Below the pieces are notes generated by a model that was given only the letters and a program-made list of their open reading frames with translations, ran no database searches and was not told where the DNA came from. A stretch of DNA of 20,000 nt from Chiloscyllium plagiosum (lineage: Eukaryota), in the NCBI RefSeq assembly GCF_004010195.1, contig NC_057718.1, forward strand, positions 47,939,398-47,959,397, in the 5' to 3' direction. Position numbers and translations under genes: made by a program. Shown in pieces: positions 1-10,714 of the stretch. Each line of letters begins with the position of its first letter. Position 1 is the stretch's first letter.

Positions 1-882
1 CATGGGGTTAGGAAGCCAAAAGCTCTATTATACTGTATTAAACAAGATAAAGAAGAAAAATAAAAGACTTAATGACAAAATAGGAAATGGGGAACCCAAA
101 ATATAGGGAACTAGGCATACAACAGAAAGCAGAACTGTCATTGAAGCCTTATCTACTTAAAATATAATGTACACACATAATACATACTGTACAGCATTTT
201 CCTAAAGTACAGCTGCCTAGAAAAGTTGCTAATTCTATATGGTCATTCAATAAAATAAATAGCTAGTTCCTCCATGAATAACTCATGATCATCTCATTAC
301 CAAAATCAATTTGAAAAGACTTATTCAGCAAACATTGCATCAAATGAAGATACATATTACAGGATAATAGATTCTACTATAATATTAATCTTAGTACATA
401 AACTAACACCATATCATTAAATATGGTAAGACACTTCAGAAATCAGATCACTGTGACACAAATATGCACTATGAGGTTATAGCAAATGGTACTTTTTCCT
501 GACTTTATATTTAATGATTAATTATTTTGTTCAGATGAAACCCAAGCAAAAGGGTAAACTCCATAAATAAGGGAAGAAAAGAAGCACTGTCATACAAAAT
601 GGTACAAGCTGAAAGTGATTAAAGGTCCTTAGCAAAGTCAAGGAAACAGTACAGTGGGTCTGCATGATTTTCAGAAACTGATGAATTATTGCCTGTGTAG
701 TCCCATCATAAAAAGAACTTGCATGGCTGACTTGTTTTTTTTCTTTTGACTTGTTGCCTTGTAGTTCCTAAGGATTTCTGAGGTGGCAAACAATTAACTC
801 CATTTACTATTTCATTGTAGATTGATGTGTGATCACATCCTGAAATAATTACAACACAGGAAGACTTTTCAGCCCAAACAGT

Positions 883-1113
883 CTTAGACTCAGTTTTACA
901 GCACGGAAATAGACTCTTCAGTCCAACTTGTCCATGGCGACCAGAACCTAAATTAATCAAGTCAATTTTCCAACATTTGGTCCATACCCCTCTAAACCCT
1001 TTCTATTCATGTACCTATCCAGATGACTTTAAAATGGTGCAATTGTACCAGCTTCCATTACATCCTCTGGCAGTTCATTCCATGCACGCACCACTGTGTG
1101 AGAAAGTTGCCCT
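883..1113 (-). mobile_element. CR1 (HER1-like) LINE 3' end fragment
   Basis: Reverse complement of a CR1 ORF2 C-terminus (W-N-E-L-P-E-D-V type, from cctctggcagttcattcca) and 3'UTR (cagcacggaaatagactcttcagtccaac). Confidence 0.8.
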
Positions 1114-1249
1114 TTTGTCAGTGTTTTATACTTTTATAATTGTAAGCACCTTTCCAGATCTCCTTTGTTATAACTATGCAGCCCCAATGTCTCAAAGAAA
1201 TGTATTGAAAAATCCTGATGACTTTGTGCTTTTTTTTTTAAATTGCCTC

Positions 1250-1720
1250 AACATTTTTCCAATAGTCTGGAGCCCAAAACTGCAGACAGCCATTCGAACT
1301 GTGTTCTTACTAAGGCTTTATTAATGTTATATTGCTAACTCCCAGCAATACCTCTCGCTAAACAGCTTCATCTTCGTTCGCTTTTCTGGTTAACTTAATC
1401 CACTTGAAATGCAATGTTTTGAGAGATGGAACGACAAAATCCCTCATCTCTCTATCATTATTAGTTGAACCAAAGCGGATACCTCACATTTAGACACTGA
1501 ATTTCAACCATTAATTTTTGCCTATCCCACCATCTAAACAATGTCAGAATTATCCTTCATGTCTTTGTATAGCTTCCAAGTTTATGCATGCTCCCTTTAC
1601 TCCACGAACAAAACAACCAGAAGTTGTCCCACAACTGAACAACTTGGTATATTTTTATTTACTAGCAAGCAGTGAAAAACTGTCTTTTAACTGCCTTTCG
1701 ATTTTTCTCTTTTAACCAGT
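1250..1720 (-). mobile_element. Highly degraded CR1 RT remnant
   Basis: Residual motifs gcccaaaactgcagacagc (CVQFW-like in reverse) and atacctcacatttagacactgaattt (FNVxKCEV-like in reverse). Confidence 0.45.
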
Positions 1721-2305
1721 TTAAATCCAAGTCTCGCTAATAAGATTTGAACTCTGACTCTGGACCACAAGTGATTCTGCTAAATAGATTCACGTGTAGC
1801 ATTTATCAAGGGTCAGATGAATTGAAAACTCAATCCTTTTTCCAGCACAAAACTAAATCTGATCAGCAAAAATACACACACAAGTTTTAAGTGTGCTTAT
1901 AAAAGCAAAACACCAGCTATAGAGCAGGAATACTCATTAGATGAAAGAATGCATTAATTTGAACACTTTACTCCAATCTGCCATTCCTAGAATAAACTTG
2001 TAATTTTTGATATACATTATAGAGAGACTTACTATTGGATTTTCCTCCACTTACTCAGTTAACAGCCATTAACACTGCAGGAGCGATTGCAAGTGGAATA
2101 TTGTTACTAAATACTGTTATGTGCACAAAGGAGGGCAGAAAAAGATGATAGTTAAAAAAGAAACAATATCTGTTAAGTATGTTTTTCTTTTGAGGTTTGC
2201 AGATAAATTAAAACTTGTTGAATGGTTTCCTTTAAAATTGGGAAGTGTGAACAAAAGGAAGAAAGTATGTAGATTATGAAAACTTGAGCCAACAAAACAT
2301 TGCAA

Positions 2306-3310
2306 TTAAGAACAGAAGAACTTGGAGCCAGAGTGCACAATTCAGTCCCTCCATTTGATACAATCATGACTGATCTCATCTTTGTCTCAACTCCAGTTTC
2401 CTGCCCACTCTCTAGAACCCTTCATCCCATGACGAATTAAAAACCTGTCCACCTCCTTAAGTTTACTCAACGTCCCAATATCCACCACACTTTGTAAAAA
2501 AGTGGATTCTACAGATTCACAACCTTTTTGAGAGAAATAATTTCTCATCTTCGTGGTTAAGATAAGGTGTAGCAGATTTAAAACAGTGACCTCACATTCT
2601 AGATTGCCTGACAGGAGGAAACATCCTTTCTCCATCCAATTTGCTAATCCTATTTAGTATCTTAATTATCTCAATTACATCTCCTGTCATTCTTCTAAAC
2701 TCCAGACAGTAAAGGTCGAAACTGCTCAGTTTCTCTTCATAAGACAACCCCTTCATCTCTGGAATCATTCTAGTGAACTTCCTCAGAACTACTTCCAAAG
2801 AAATTACATCCCTCTTCAAGGAAGAGGCCCAAAATTGTGTGTAATACTCCAGGTGCACAGTCACTAATATGGAATACAACTGCACCCACACATCTCTACT
2901 TTTTATACTCTATTCATTTTGCCTTCCTTATTTCCTTCTGTATCTGCATATAGTTTTCTGCAATTCAAGTACAATGTCACCAGATCCCTCTGCACTGAAA
3001 CACTCAACTTTTTCCCTCTTAAGATAAGTTGCCTTTTTATTTCTCAGACCAAAATGGATAACCTCACACTTACCTATGTTAAAATTCATCTGCTAAATTT
3101 CGGCCCATCGACTTAACCTATCCATATCCTTTTATAAATTTATTATCCATTTATCCCAACTTATTTTCCCACCATTTTAGGTGTCATCTGCAAATTTGAC
3201 TACATTACTTTCTATCCCTGCATCCAAGTCATTAATATCGATGATTTGCGGGCTCGAGAACCAAACCTTGCAGCACCTCACTGCATCTTGCCAACTAGAA
3301 AAAGATCCAT
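2306..3310 (-). mobile_element. CR1 LINE, 3' part of RT and 3'UTR (host copy, continues at 4072)
   Basis: ORF 2592-2891 reads HLEYYTQFWAS...KFTRMIPEMKGLSYEEKLSSFDLYCLEFRRMTGDVIE, a typical CR1 ORF2 C-terminus. The FADD motif is at ~3184 (gtcatctgcaaa). Confidence 0.9.
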
Positions 3311-4071
3311 CTATAGTAACATAGGAGATAGGAACAGGAAGAGGTCATTCGGCCCTTCGAGCTTGCTCCACCATTTATCACAGTGATGGCTGATTGTCCA
3401 ACTCAAAACCCTATTCCTGCTTTCACTCAATAACCTTTGATTCCATTCGCCACAAGTGCTATATCCTGCAGTCTCTTGAATACAACAATGTTTTGGCATC
3501 AACTACTTCCTGTGGTAACGAATTCCATAGGCTCACTGCTCTTTGGGTGAAGAAATGTCTCATGTCCATCCTAAATGGTCCACCCCAAATCCTCTGGGTC
3601 TGTGACCCCTGGTTCTGGACGCACCCAACATCAGGAACATCTTCTCTGCAGGACCCCATCTAGTCCTGTTACAATTTTAAGCCTTTATGAGATCCTCCCT
3701 CACTCACCTGAACTCCAGTTCAAACAATCCTAACCTAGGTCAAGCTCTCCTCATATGTCACTCCCGCCATCCCTGGAATCAGCCTGGTAAACCTTCGCTG
3801 CTCTCCCTCAAGAGCAAGAGCATCCTTCCTCAGAAAAGGATACCAAAACTGGGACATAATATTCCAGGTGTGGCTTCATCAAGGCCCTGTGTAACCTCAA
3901 CAACACATCCCTGCTCCTGTACTCGAAATGTCTCACAACGAAAGCCAACATATCATTTGCCTTCTTTACCACCTGCTGCACCTTCATGCTTGCCTTCAGC
4001 GACTGGTGCACAAGGACACTCAGGTCCCACTGCACACTCCCCCACCCAACTTACAGCCATTCAGGTAGTAA
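3311..4071 (-). mobile_element. 5'-truncated CR1 LINE inserted into another CR1
   Basis: ORFs KANDMLAFV...LRLHRALMKPHLEY and RHFFTQRAVSLWNSLPQEVV; own 3'UTR at ~3311-3400. The host sequence aaaagatccat|ttatcc rejoins across the insertion. Confidence 0.88.
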
Positions 4072-4660
4072 TTTATCCAGACTCTCTCCGTCGGTCAGCC
4101 AGTCCTCTATCCCAGCTACTAAATTACCCCTAACCCTTATTACCCCTTACCTTGTCCAGTAATCTTTTGTGCAGCAACATAAATGCCTTCTGGAAGTCCA
4201 GATATATTACTGGATCCCCATTATTCATATGGCTTGTTACATCTCCAACGAACTCCAGCAAAGTAGTCAAACATGATTTATGCTTCATAAAACCATGCTG
4301 ACTCCAATGGATTATACTTTGACTTTCCAAATGTCCTGTTATTATTTCCTTAATAATGGATCTGACAATTTCTAAAGATAAGTTGAACTAACTGTTCTGC
4401 ATTTTCCTATTTTCTGCTTTCCTCCCATTTTGAATAAGGGTATTAGATAAACATTTTTCTAATCCACTGGAACTTTTCTCACATCCAGGGAATTTTGGAA
4501 TGGTATAAACAATGGAACTTCTATTGTTGCTACCACTTCCTTTAAGACCCTAGGACATCGGCTGTCAGGCCCAGGGGACTTGTCTGCTTTAAATCCCAAT
4601 AGTTTGCTCAGCACTTCTTCCCCAGTGATGATGGTCTCTCTAAAATCAAGTACATGGCCA
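4072..4660 (-). mobile_element. CR1 LINE RT N-terminal part (continuation of 2306-3310)
   Basis: Motifs SQHGFMKHKSCLTTLLEF...VIYLDFQKAF and KADKSPGPD...PRVLKEV. Confidence 0.9.
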
Positions 4661-5889
4661 TGAAATCTGTGAAAAATAGTCACCTTCAAAATTAGTTTTA
4701 ATGCATTCTTGAAATTAACAATGTAATTATTAATTTTTGATACTGAGGTGAGTAAAATAAATTATATTAAAATCCAGCCTTTAGTTCCACTTTACAATGG
4801 ACCAAGTGCAATCTCAATAAACATTTTCTGTAAAGAAAACTTCAGGACATACATCCAACAGTACGGAAGATACAACTACAATTTTCCAGTTTACAATCAT
4901 TACAGTAAGGGTTCAATGTGCCAAACGTCTCAAGGGTTCCATCAGTTCCTGCTTCCTTAGCAGAAATTTCCCGTATACAGCTTAGATCTTGTCCAGGGGC
5001 AACTAATTTACCTAAACAAAGGTAGAGGACTCAGGATGCCCTCTTCCACTGGCTCAATGGGATTCTGGCATGTCTCTGGATGCAGATATACCTAGTGAGT
5101 TGAACATTAGATTGGCAAAAGGTGGATCTCATCACTGGAGCAAGAAAGCAGCCTGGAACCTGAAAGCTATGGCATTTTAAAGAAGGAAATTGGAATAGTT
5201 CAGCTCCCTTAACATAGGAAGGCAAAAAAGACACCATTGACATTGGAGTTAGATGGGACTTTTTAAAAAGCCCATCTCTAAAACGTACTTCCAATAGTGT
5301 ATGCACCTGCCTGCTATATGTTCATTATTTGCCCTCCCACTGAACTTCAAACTAGCAAGGACAACACTGGAGACCATTGAACAAAAACTGGAATTGTCCT
5401 GAGGGAGTTCAGTATCTTGTAGTTAATAAAGTTGAGAAATGTTACCTTTATTAGGCGTCGTACATCCAAACTAATCCACGGCAAATATGTGAAGCTTCTC
5501 TGATGTGTTAAATCCAGAATCAATGAAGTAACAGATGGGAAAACAATGAGCAATTAAAAAATATAGCCAGCCTAAGTGTGAATATGGTCTGCAGTCAGAT
5601 TTACAGGGAAAGTCACTTGTAATTGAGTGGAGTGGTTTAAATTTGATGACAATTTCCTAAACAGCTGTTATGAAATGCTTCAAAAATGCAGTTTCTTAGA
5701 CACAAAATACTCCTGATGAATGTTATGCTGACATATTCAAAATTCTGGAAAGCAGTTATCAGCTTTTTAAATTTTGTCTAAGCACTGTTTAGCACTATTG
5801 CCTGTGGCCCATCAATAGCAATTCTGGTAAGTGGCTTAATTGTATCTTATTTTTGCAAAACGGAATTTACAACACTTCGTTAAAAATAA

Positions 5890-6790
5890 GTTCAAGAGAT
5901 ATGGCGGTTATTGCCTGGGACAACAATTATTTTTTGCCCATCTCGGATTGCTCTTGGGAAGTGGTGGTGAGTTGCATTCTTGAACCACTGCGGTCCTTAG
6001 GGTGTGGGTACAGCCACAGTGCTGTTAAGAAAGGAGTTCCAGGACTGTGACCCAGAAATAGTGAAGGAATGTTGATATAGTTTCAAGTCAAAATTATGGC
6101 TTGGAGGGGAACTTGCAGGTGGTCCCATTCCTTTGCATCTGCTGCCTTTGTCCTTCTAGATGGTGGAGATTGCAAATTTGGAAAATGATATCGAAAGTGC
6201 CTGGCTGAGTTTTTGCAATGCATCTTGTAGATAGCTCATATTTCTACCATCAACAGTGGTGAAGGGAATAAATGCTGAAGACAGTGGATGGGATGCCAAT
6301 CAAGTAGGCTGTTTTGTCCTGGGTTAACGTCAAACATTGAATGTGGTTGGAGATTTACTTGTTCAGACAAATGAAGAGTACTCCATTACATCCTGGTGTG
6401 TGTCTTCCAGATGGTGCAGAGTCATTGGAGAGTCGGGGGAGAGTTGCTTATTGCAGAATTCCTAGCCCCTGACCTGTACTTGTAGCCACAGTATTTATTT
6501 GGCTAGTGCAGTTCAGCTTCTGGTCAATGGTAACTCCTAGGTTGGTGATAGTGGGGGGTTTCAGTGATGATGATGCTATTGAATGGTAAGTGGAGATTGT
6601 TATAATTCTCTTTTGTTTCAGATGGCAGTTGCCTAGCATTTGAGTGGCTTGAATGTTACTTGTCACTTGTCAGCCAAAGCTTGGATGTTGTCCAGATTAT
6701 GCTGCATTTTAGATGTGGACTACTTCAGCATCAGTCATCTCAATACTGCTGAACTCTACACTAATAGCAAACCCTTTCATTTATGACTCT
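5890..6790 (-). mobile_element. Older CR1/L2-group LINE, 3' half of RT and 3' end
   Basis: ORF 6448-6666 contains ITNLGVTIDQKLNCTSQINTVA...GQGLGIL. The 3' end resembles the copy starting at ~10325. Confidence 0.8.
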
Positions 6791-6799
6791 ATGGTCACC

Positions 6800-7069
6800 C
6801 ATAACTTTTGATTTTCTTGCCAAGCAAGAGTCTACCTTTGCTTAAAATATGCAATAATCTCAGCTCCACCAACTTTTGAGGCAGAGTGTTTTATAGTCTC
6901 ACAGCCACAAAACAATTCCCTTCTTCTTTGCCCTAAAAGGGTGGTCGCTATTTGGTCTCACCAATGCCCTATATAACTGACAAATAACACTCTTGTTTTT
7001 ATGTTCAATTCCTCTTGTAATAAAGGTTAGTGTTCCATTAGTCTTCCTGATTAAGTGCTGTACTAGCAT
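6800..7069 (-). mobile_element. CR1 fragment nested in the older LINE
   Basis: Reads IRKTNGTLTFITRGIEHKNKSVICQLYRALVRP (CR1 C-terminal motif) and is fused directly to the host LINE peptide METYLTQKKM. Confidence 0.75.
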
Positions 7070-7590
7070 CTTCTTTTGTGTTAAGTATGTTTCCAACTAC
7101 CAGAATACTTTTGCTCTAATATGTACCCATTCCAGTTTTGCTGGGACTCCTTGATACTGGACTTGGTCAAATGCTGCCTTGATGTCAAGAACAATCTCTC
7201 TCACCTCACCTCTTGAGTTCAGCTCTTTTGTAAATGCTTGACCAAGACAATATAGGTCAGAAGTTGAGTGGCTCTGGCAGAATCCAAAGTGAATATCAGT
7301 GAGCTGACTATTTCTGAGCAAGCCTTGTTTTGATAGCATTATCAACCCAGACCATCAGTTTACATCAGAAAACAGACTGATAGGGCTTTAACTACCAGTT
7401 GGATTTGTCCTGCTTTGTATGGCCAGGATATACCAAACAATTTTCCACATTATTGAATAGATGCTTGTTGTACAGTGTCATTAGTTCTCCTATAAAATGC
7501 CAGAGTTGCGTTTTCATGTGACACCCTGGAACCATACCAACCTGGACCAGGGTTACAATCCAGGCTTGTGCAGTCTCAATCATCTGAAGG
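7070..7590 (-). mobile_element. Older CR1/L2-group LINE, RT N-terminal part
   Basis: Motifs LTDIHFGFCQSHSTSDL and ELNSRGEVREIVLDIKAAFDQV (RT domain); continues the 5890-6790 element. Confidence 0.82.
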
Positions 7591-8174
7591 AATACTCAAT
7601 GTTGGAAGAAGATCAATGACCTTCTCCATTCTGCCAGTGAAAGTACCACCATCTTCAGGATAATATCTTATACTCACTCTCTCTCTGTCACTGTACCCAC
7701 CATTTTCCTGCAACATCTTCCACACTTACCCTCATCATCGCTAATATCTGACTCGGACTAACCTGGAATCTCTTCTGTACAGCCTCGTCACCCCCTCAGG
7801 ACAACTCCACACATGCATCAAAAGTAGCAGTATGTTTGCCACCTTTATCTTTCTCACCATAGGCAGAGTTTACTGACTCTGACCACATCCTAGTCCCTGT
7901 ACTGGTTTTTCTTTGCAGTTAATCACCATAGTGATTAGTCACTGAAACAGATTCACAGGAGTCTGCAGATGTTCTTTAGCATGTAAAAGAAATTTTTTAA
8001 ACAAAAAGAGTAAAAAGCTCTTAATACAAACAACAAAGCCAAGTTTCAAACTGCATCTCAACACTGTCCTTTTATGGCTGGCCAATTCCAGTGAAATTTC
8101 ATTCTTATCTCAACTTTCAGTTTTTAAATTAAGATTGTTCCCAGCTTCTTGCCTTCAGGCTGAAGAGACATTTT

Positions 8175-8356
8175 TCACGATACTTTTCAAAGTCCACGCA
8201 CAAATACTTCACAATACCTTTCACGAAGCTCTTCGCAAGAAAGTGCACAAACCGACTGATCACGTGACGCTGATGCAGAGTCCACGCCTCGGTGCACCGT
8301 GATACCTAGTGCCAACGATGAGAATTGAATAAAAGCGAACGAATGTTCGCTTTATT
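8175..8356. promoter_or_regulatory. CpG-rich candidate cis-regulatory element with E-box TCACGTGA overlapping a TGACG CRE half-site
   Basis: About 14 CpGs in ~175 bp in an otherwise CpG-depleted window. TCACGTGACG at 8260-8269. Not recognisable as a repeat. Regulatory function is inferred. Confidence 0.45.
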
Positions 8357-10324
8357 ACAAAAAAAGTCAGCAATTCACAAGCCACATTACAGACAATGCA
8401 TGTTTAATAAATGTTTGTTAAAGGAGAACTACCTGTAGTGGAACAATTTGACTATGGGTGCACCTCGACCTGGAATGAGGATTCCGGACTTATAACTAGA
8501 TTTACCATCATCACTCTACCCTCATTTAAACTTGCAAATAATACGTTTTTTATTTTAAAAAATTCAGCAAAATCTTGTTCTAAACTTCCGAAACCTGCCT
8601 CCAGGACATGTTTGAATGTGGAAACTATGAGGCTATGTTTATCGGGGTCTATGCAAGATAAGAAGCAGGCATGAAAGAAGGCAGGAATGTTATTTGTCAG
8701 TTATTAAAACAAACCTAAGTGTTATCCAGGTCCTACTGCACGTGGACAAGGATGGATTCATTACCTGTGTAGCTGAAAATGGAACTGAACAGTGTGCATA
8801 AAACTATATTCGCACATCATATCCTGTGCTGGAAGACTGTTCATTGATGAAACAGTTGCTTGGCAGTTGGGGAATTCCCGCAGCAATATCTTGGGATTCA
8901 GAGGATTGGCCTCTAACACAACCATATTCATTGGTGGCCAGCTACAACTTTGGCTCAAATTTTCTATCCTGACTCTCACTGACATGAGTTTTACTAGAGC
9001 TCCTTGGCATCAAATTTGATCAAATGTCCAACATGAAATCAAAATACGATCTGATTTTCTCCATCCAAAGAGTATTGAACAGTCACTTTCACCACATGTA
9101 TGGCATTCGCCTCTTTCACAGAAAAGTTCAGGCCAAGTTAATTAAGAGACTGCTGTACAAAGCACTCTTTCAATGATTGATAACTGCTTAGAAAGCACTC
9201 AAGTAACCTTGAGCTGTACGCCTTGCTTCCACCATGGCATGGGAGCAACTAATGTAGCTCTACCTCTGATGTATCTCTGCTAAAATCACAGACCATATCC
9301 AGGCAACTACTGCAGCAGCAAAATTATCAGCATCTACCTTCTCCTCAGCCACATACTCCTACATGGCCCAAACGATACAGATAATAAGATGTAGTTGGAA
9401 GGAGGCGAGAGCTCCAATGGAGAGTTTATATAAATTGGACAATACCTTAACACAAGCACCTACCCACTTACATTGTTGTAAATACCTACTGTTCCTCCAA
9501 CACTGATGTTCCTCTACCATCGTTGGCTGTTTGTACACTACTATATGTCTGTCCTCTGGAATTCTCCACTCCATTCCCTCCTCTTTGCTTATTTCACGAT
9601 TGTTAAATACTTCAAGTTCTATCTTTTCAGATGTGCGTCAGGCTCCCTACCCTAGTCCATTAATCTTCTTGATGTCCACTGCCTCCCTTTCCTCCATACT
9701 ATATAGAAATAAGACAGAATCCTGTGTGAGAAGAATCAGTTCGATGTAACTGCAAATGATTGTTCATTCTGAATGCACAGGCCTACATTTTGGTCACATT
9801 TTCTGGTGAAAGCCTAAGAAACGTTCCATACATCAAGCCAAATGTAATTTTGACCAACCAATATTATACACATATCATTTATGAAAGTACATGAACTTAG
9901 ACCTAAAATGTCAGGAAAATCTTAGCAACCTTGACATCTGAAATTACTTCATGCAATAACTGTTGAGTCCACTATTTTAATCATAATCTGCTTTATCAAT
10001 TTATACTCAAAAAGAAACAAAACATATGAGATTGTGTGTGTAATTTGGACTTAAAATCAATGATTAGTTTCCAAATGTTCATTCAAGATCAAAAGTACAG
10101 GAATAATACGGTCAAGTAATTAATATAGTTGTGACTGAAACAATTTATTTACTGACAAAACCGATTGTTAAATTGCAAAATTTAAGTAGTAGCAAATCTC
10201 TCCAGATTATACAAACCTAATATATTTGTGAATTTGGTTTATCTGGAGAGAAAAAAAAAAGATCAGTTGATAACAACTATATGGTATCAATTTATATCTC
10301 AAAGACAAAAAACGTTCAACATTC

Positions 10325-10714
10325 TGGAATTCTTCTTTAATCTGTTCATGGGATGTAGGTGATTGAGACTAGGCCAGCAGTCATTGCCAAATCTTAAATT
10401 AAGGCAAGATGTTTTGTGAATCATTGCAGACTGTGTAAGGGAGTACAGTAGGCAAGAGAACTACATCATACAGATGAGAGAAAAAGAGTTTGAAGAGTCA
10501 AGAGATGAGTTACTAGCTTTTGAATAACCAGTTCTGATCTGTTCCTAACCATTGTATTTGTGTGGCTTGTCCTGCTGTTTTGTGCTCAATAGTCACCTCC
10601 AGGATTCTGATGGTAAAGCCAGTCAATGACAAAAGGAATATGGTTAGATTTGCTTTTGTTCAAGATGAACACTGCCTTGCTTTGCGTGTTGTAAGTGTTA
10701 CTTGCCATTAAATT
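10325..10714 (-). mobile_element. Older CR1/L2-group LINE 3' fragment (interrupted by a PLE, resumes 12049-12110)
   Basis: 3' end ttcatgggatgtaggt...ggccagca. The left flank gttacttgcca and right flank gcctgagagttatccaggtcttgctgcat are collinear with 6650-6730 of the same family. Confidence 0.7.

Noticed and set aside
977..1324. 115-aa + strand ORF
   Set aside because: Antisense read of a CR1 3' end running into AT-rich DNA; non-ATG start and no domain.
7724..7760. Strong donor GAGG|gtaagt with a possible micro-exon (SESDISDDEG)
   Set aside because: Weak acceptor, no recognisable product, and isolated donor-like hexamers are common.
8700..9180. Short resemblances to bornavirus L (F-x3-YG-x-RL), G (EDC-x5-LLG) and M proteins
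   Set aside because: Mutually incompatible in strand and spacing and only a few residues each; consistent with over-fitting from memory.
9270..9340. VDADNF...ILAE resemblance to adenovirus terminal protein
   Set aside because: Too short, and the upstream conserved motifs do not align.
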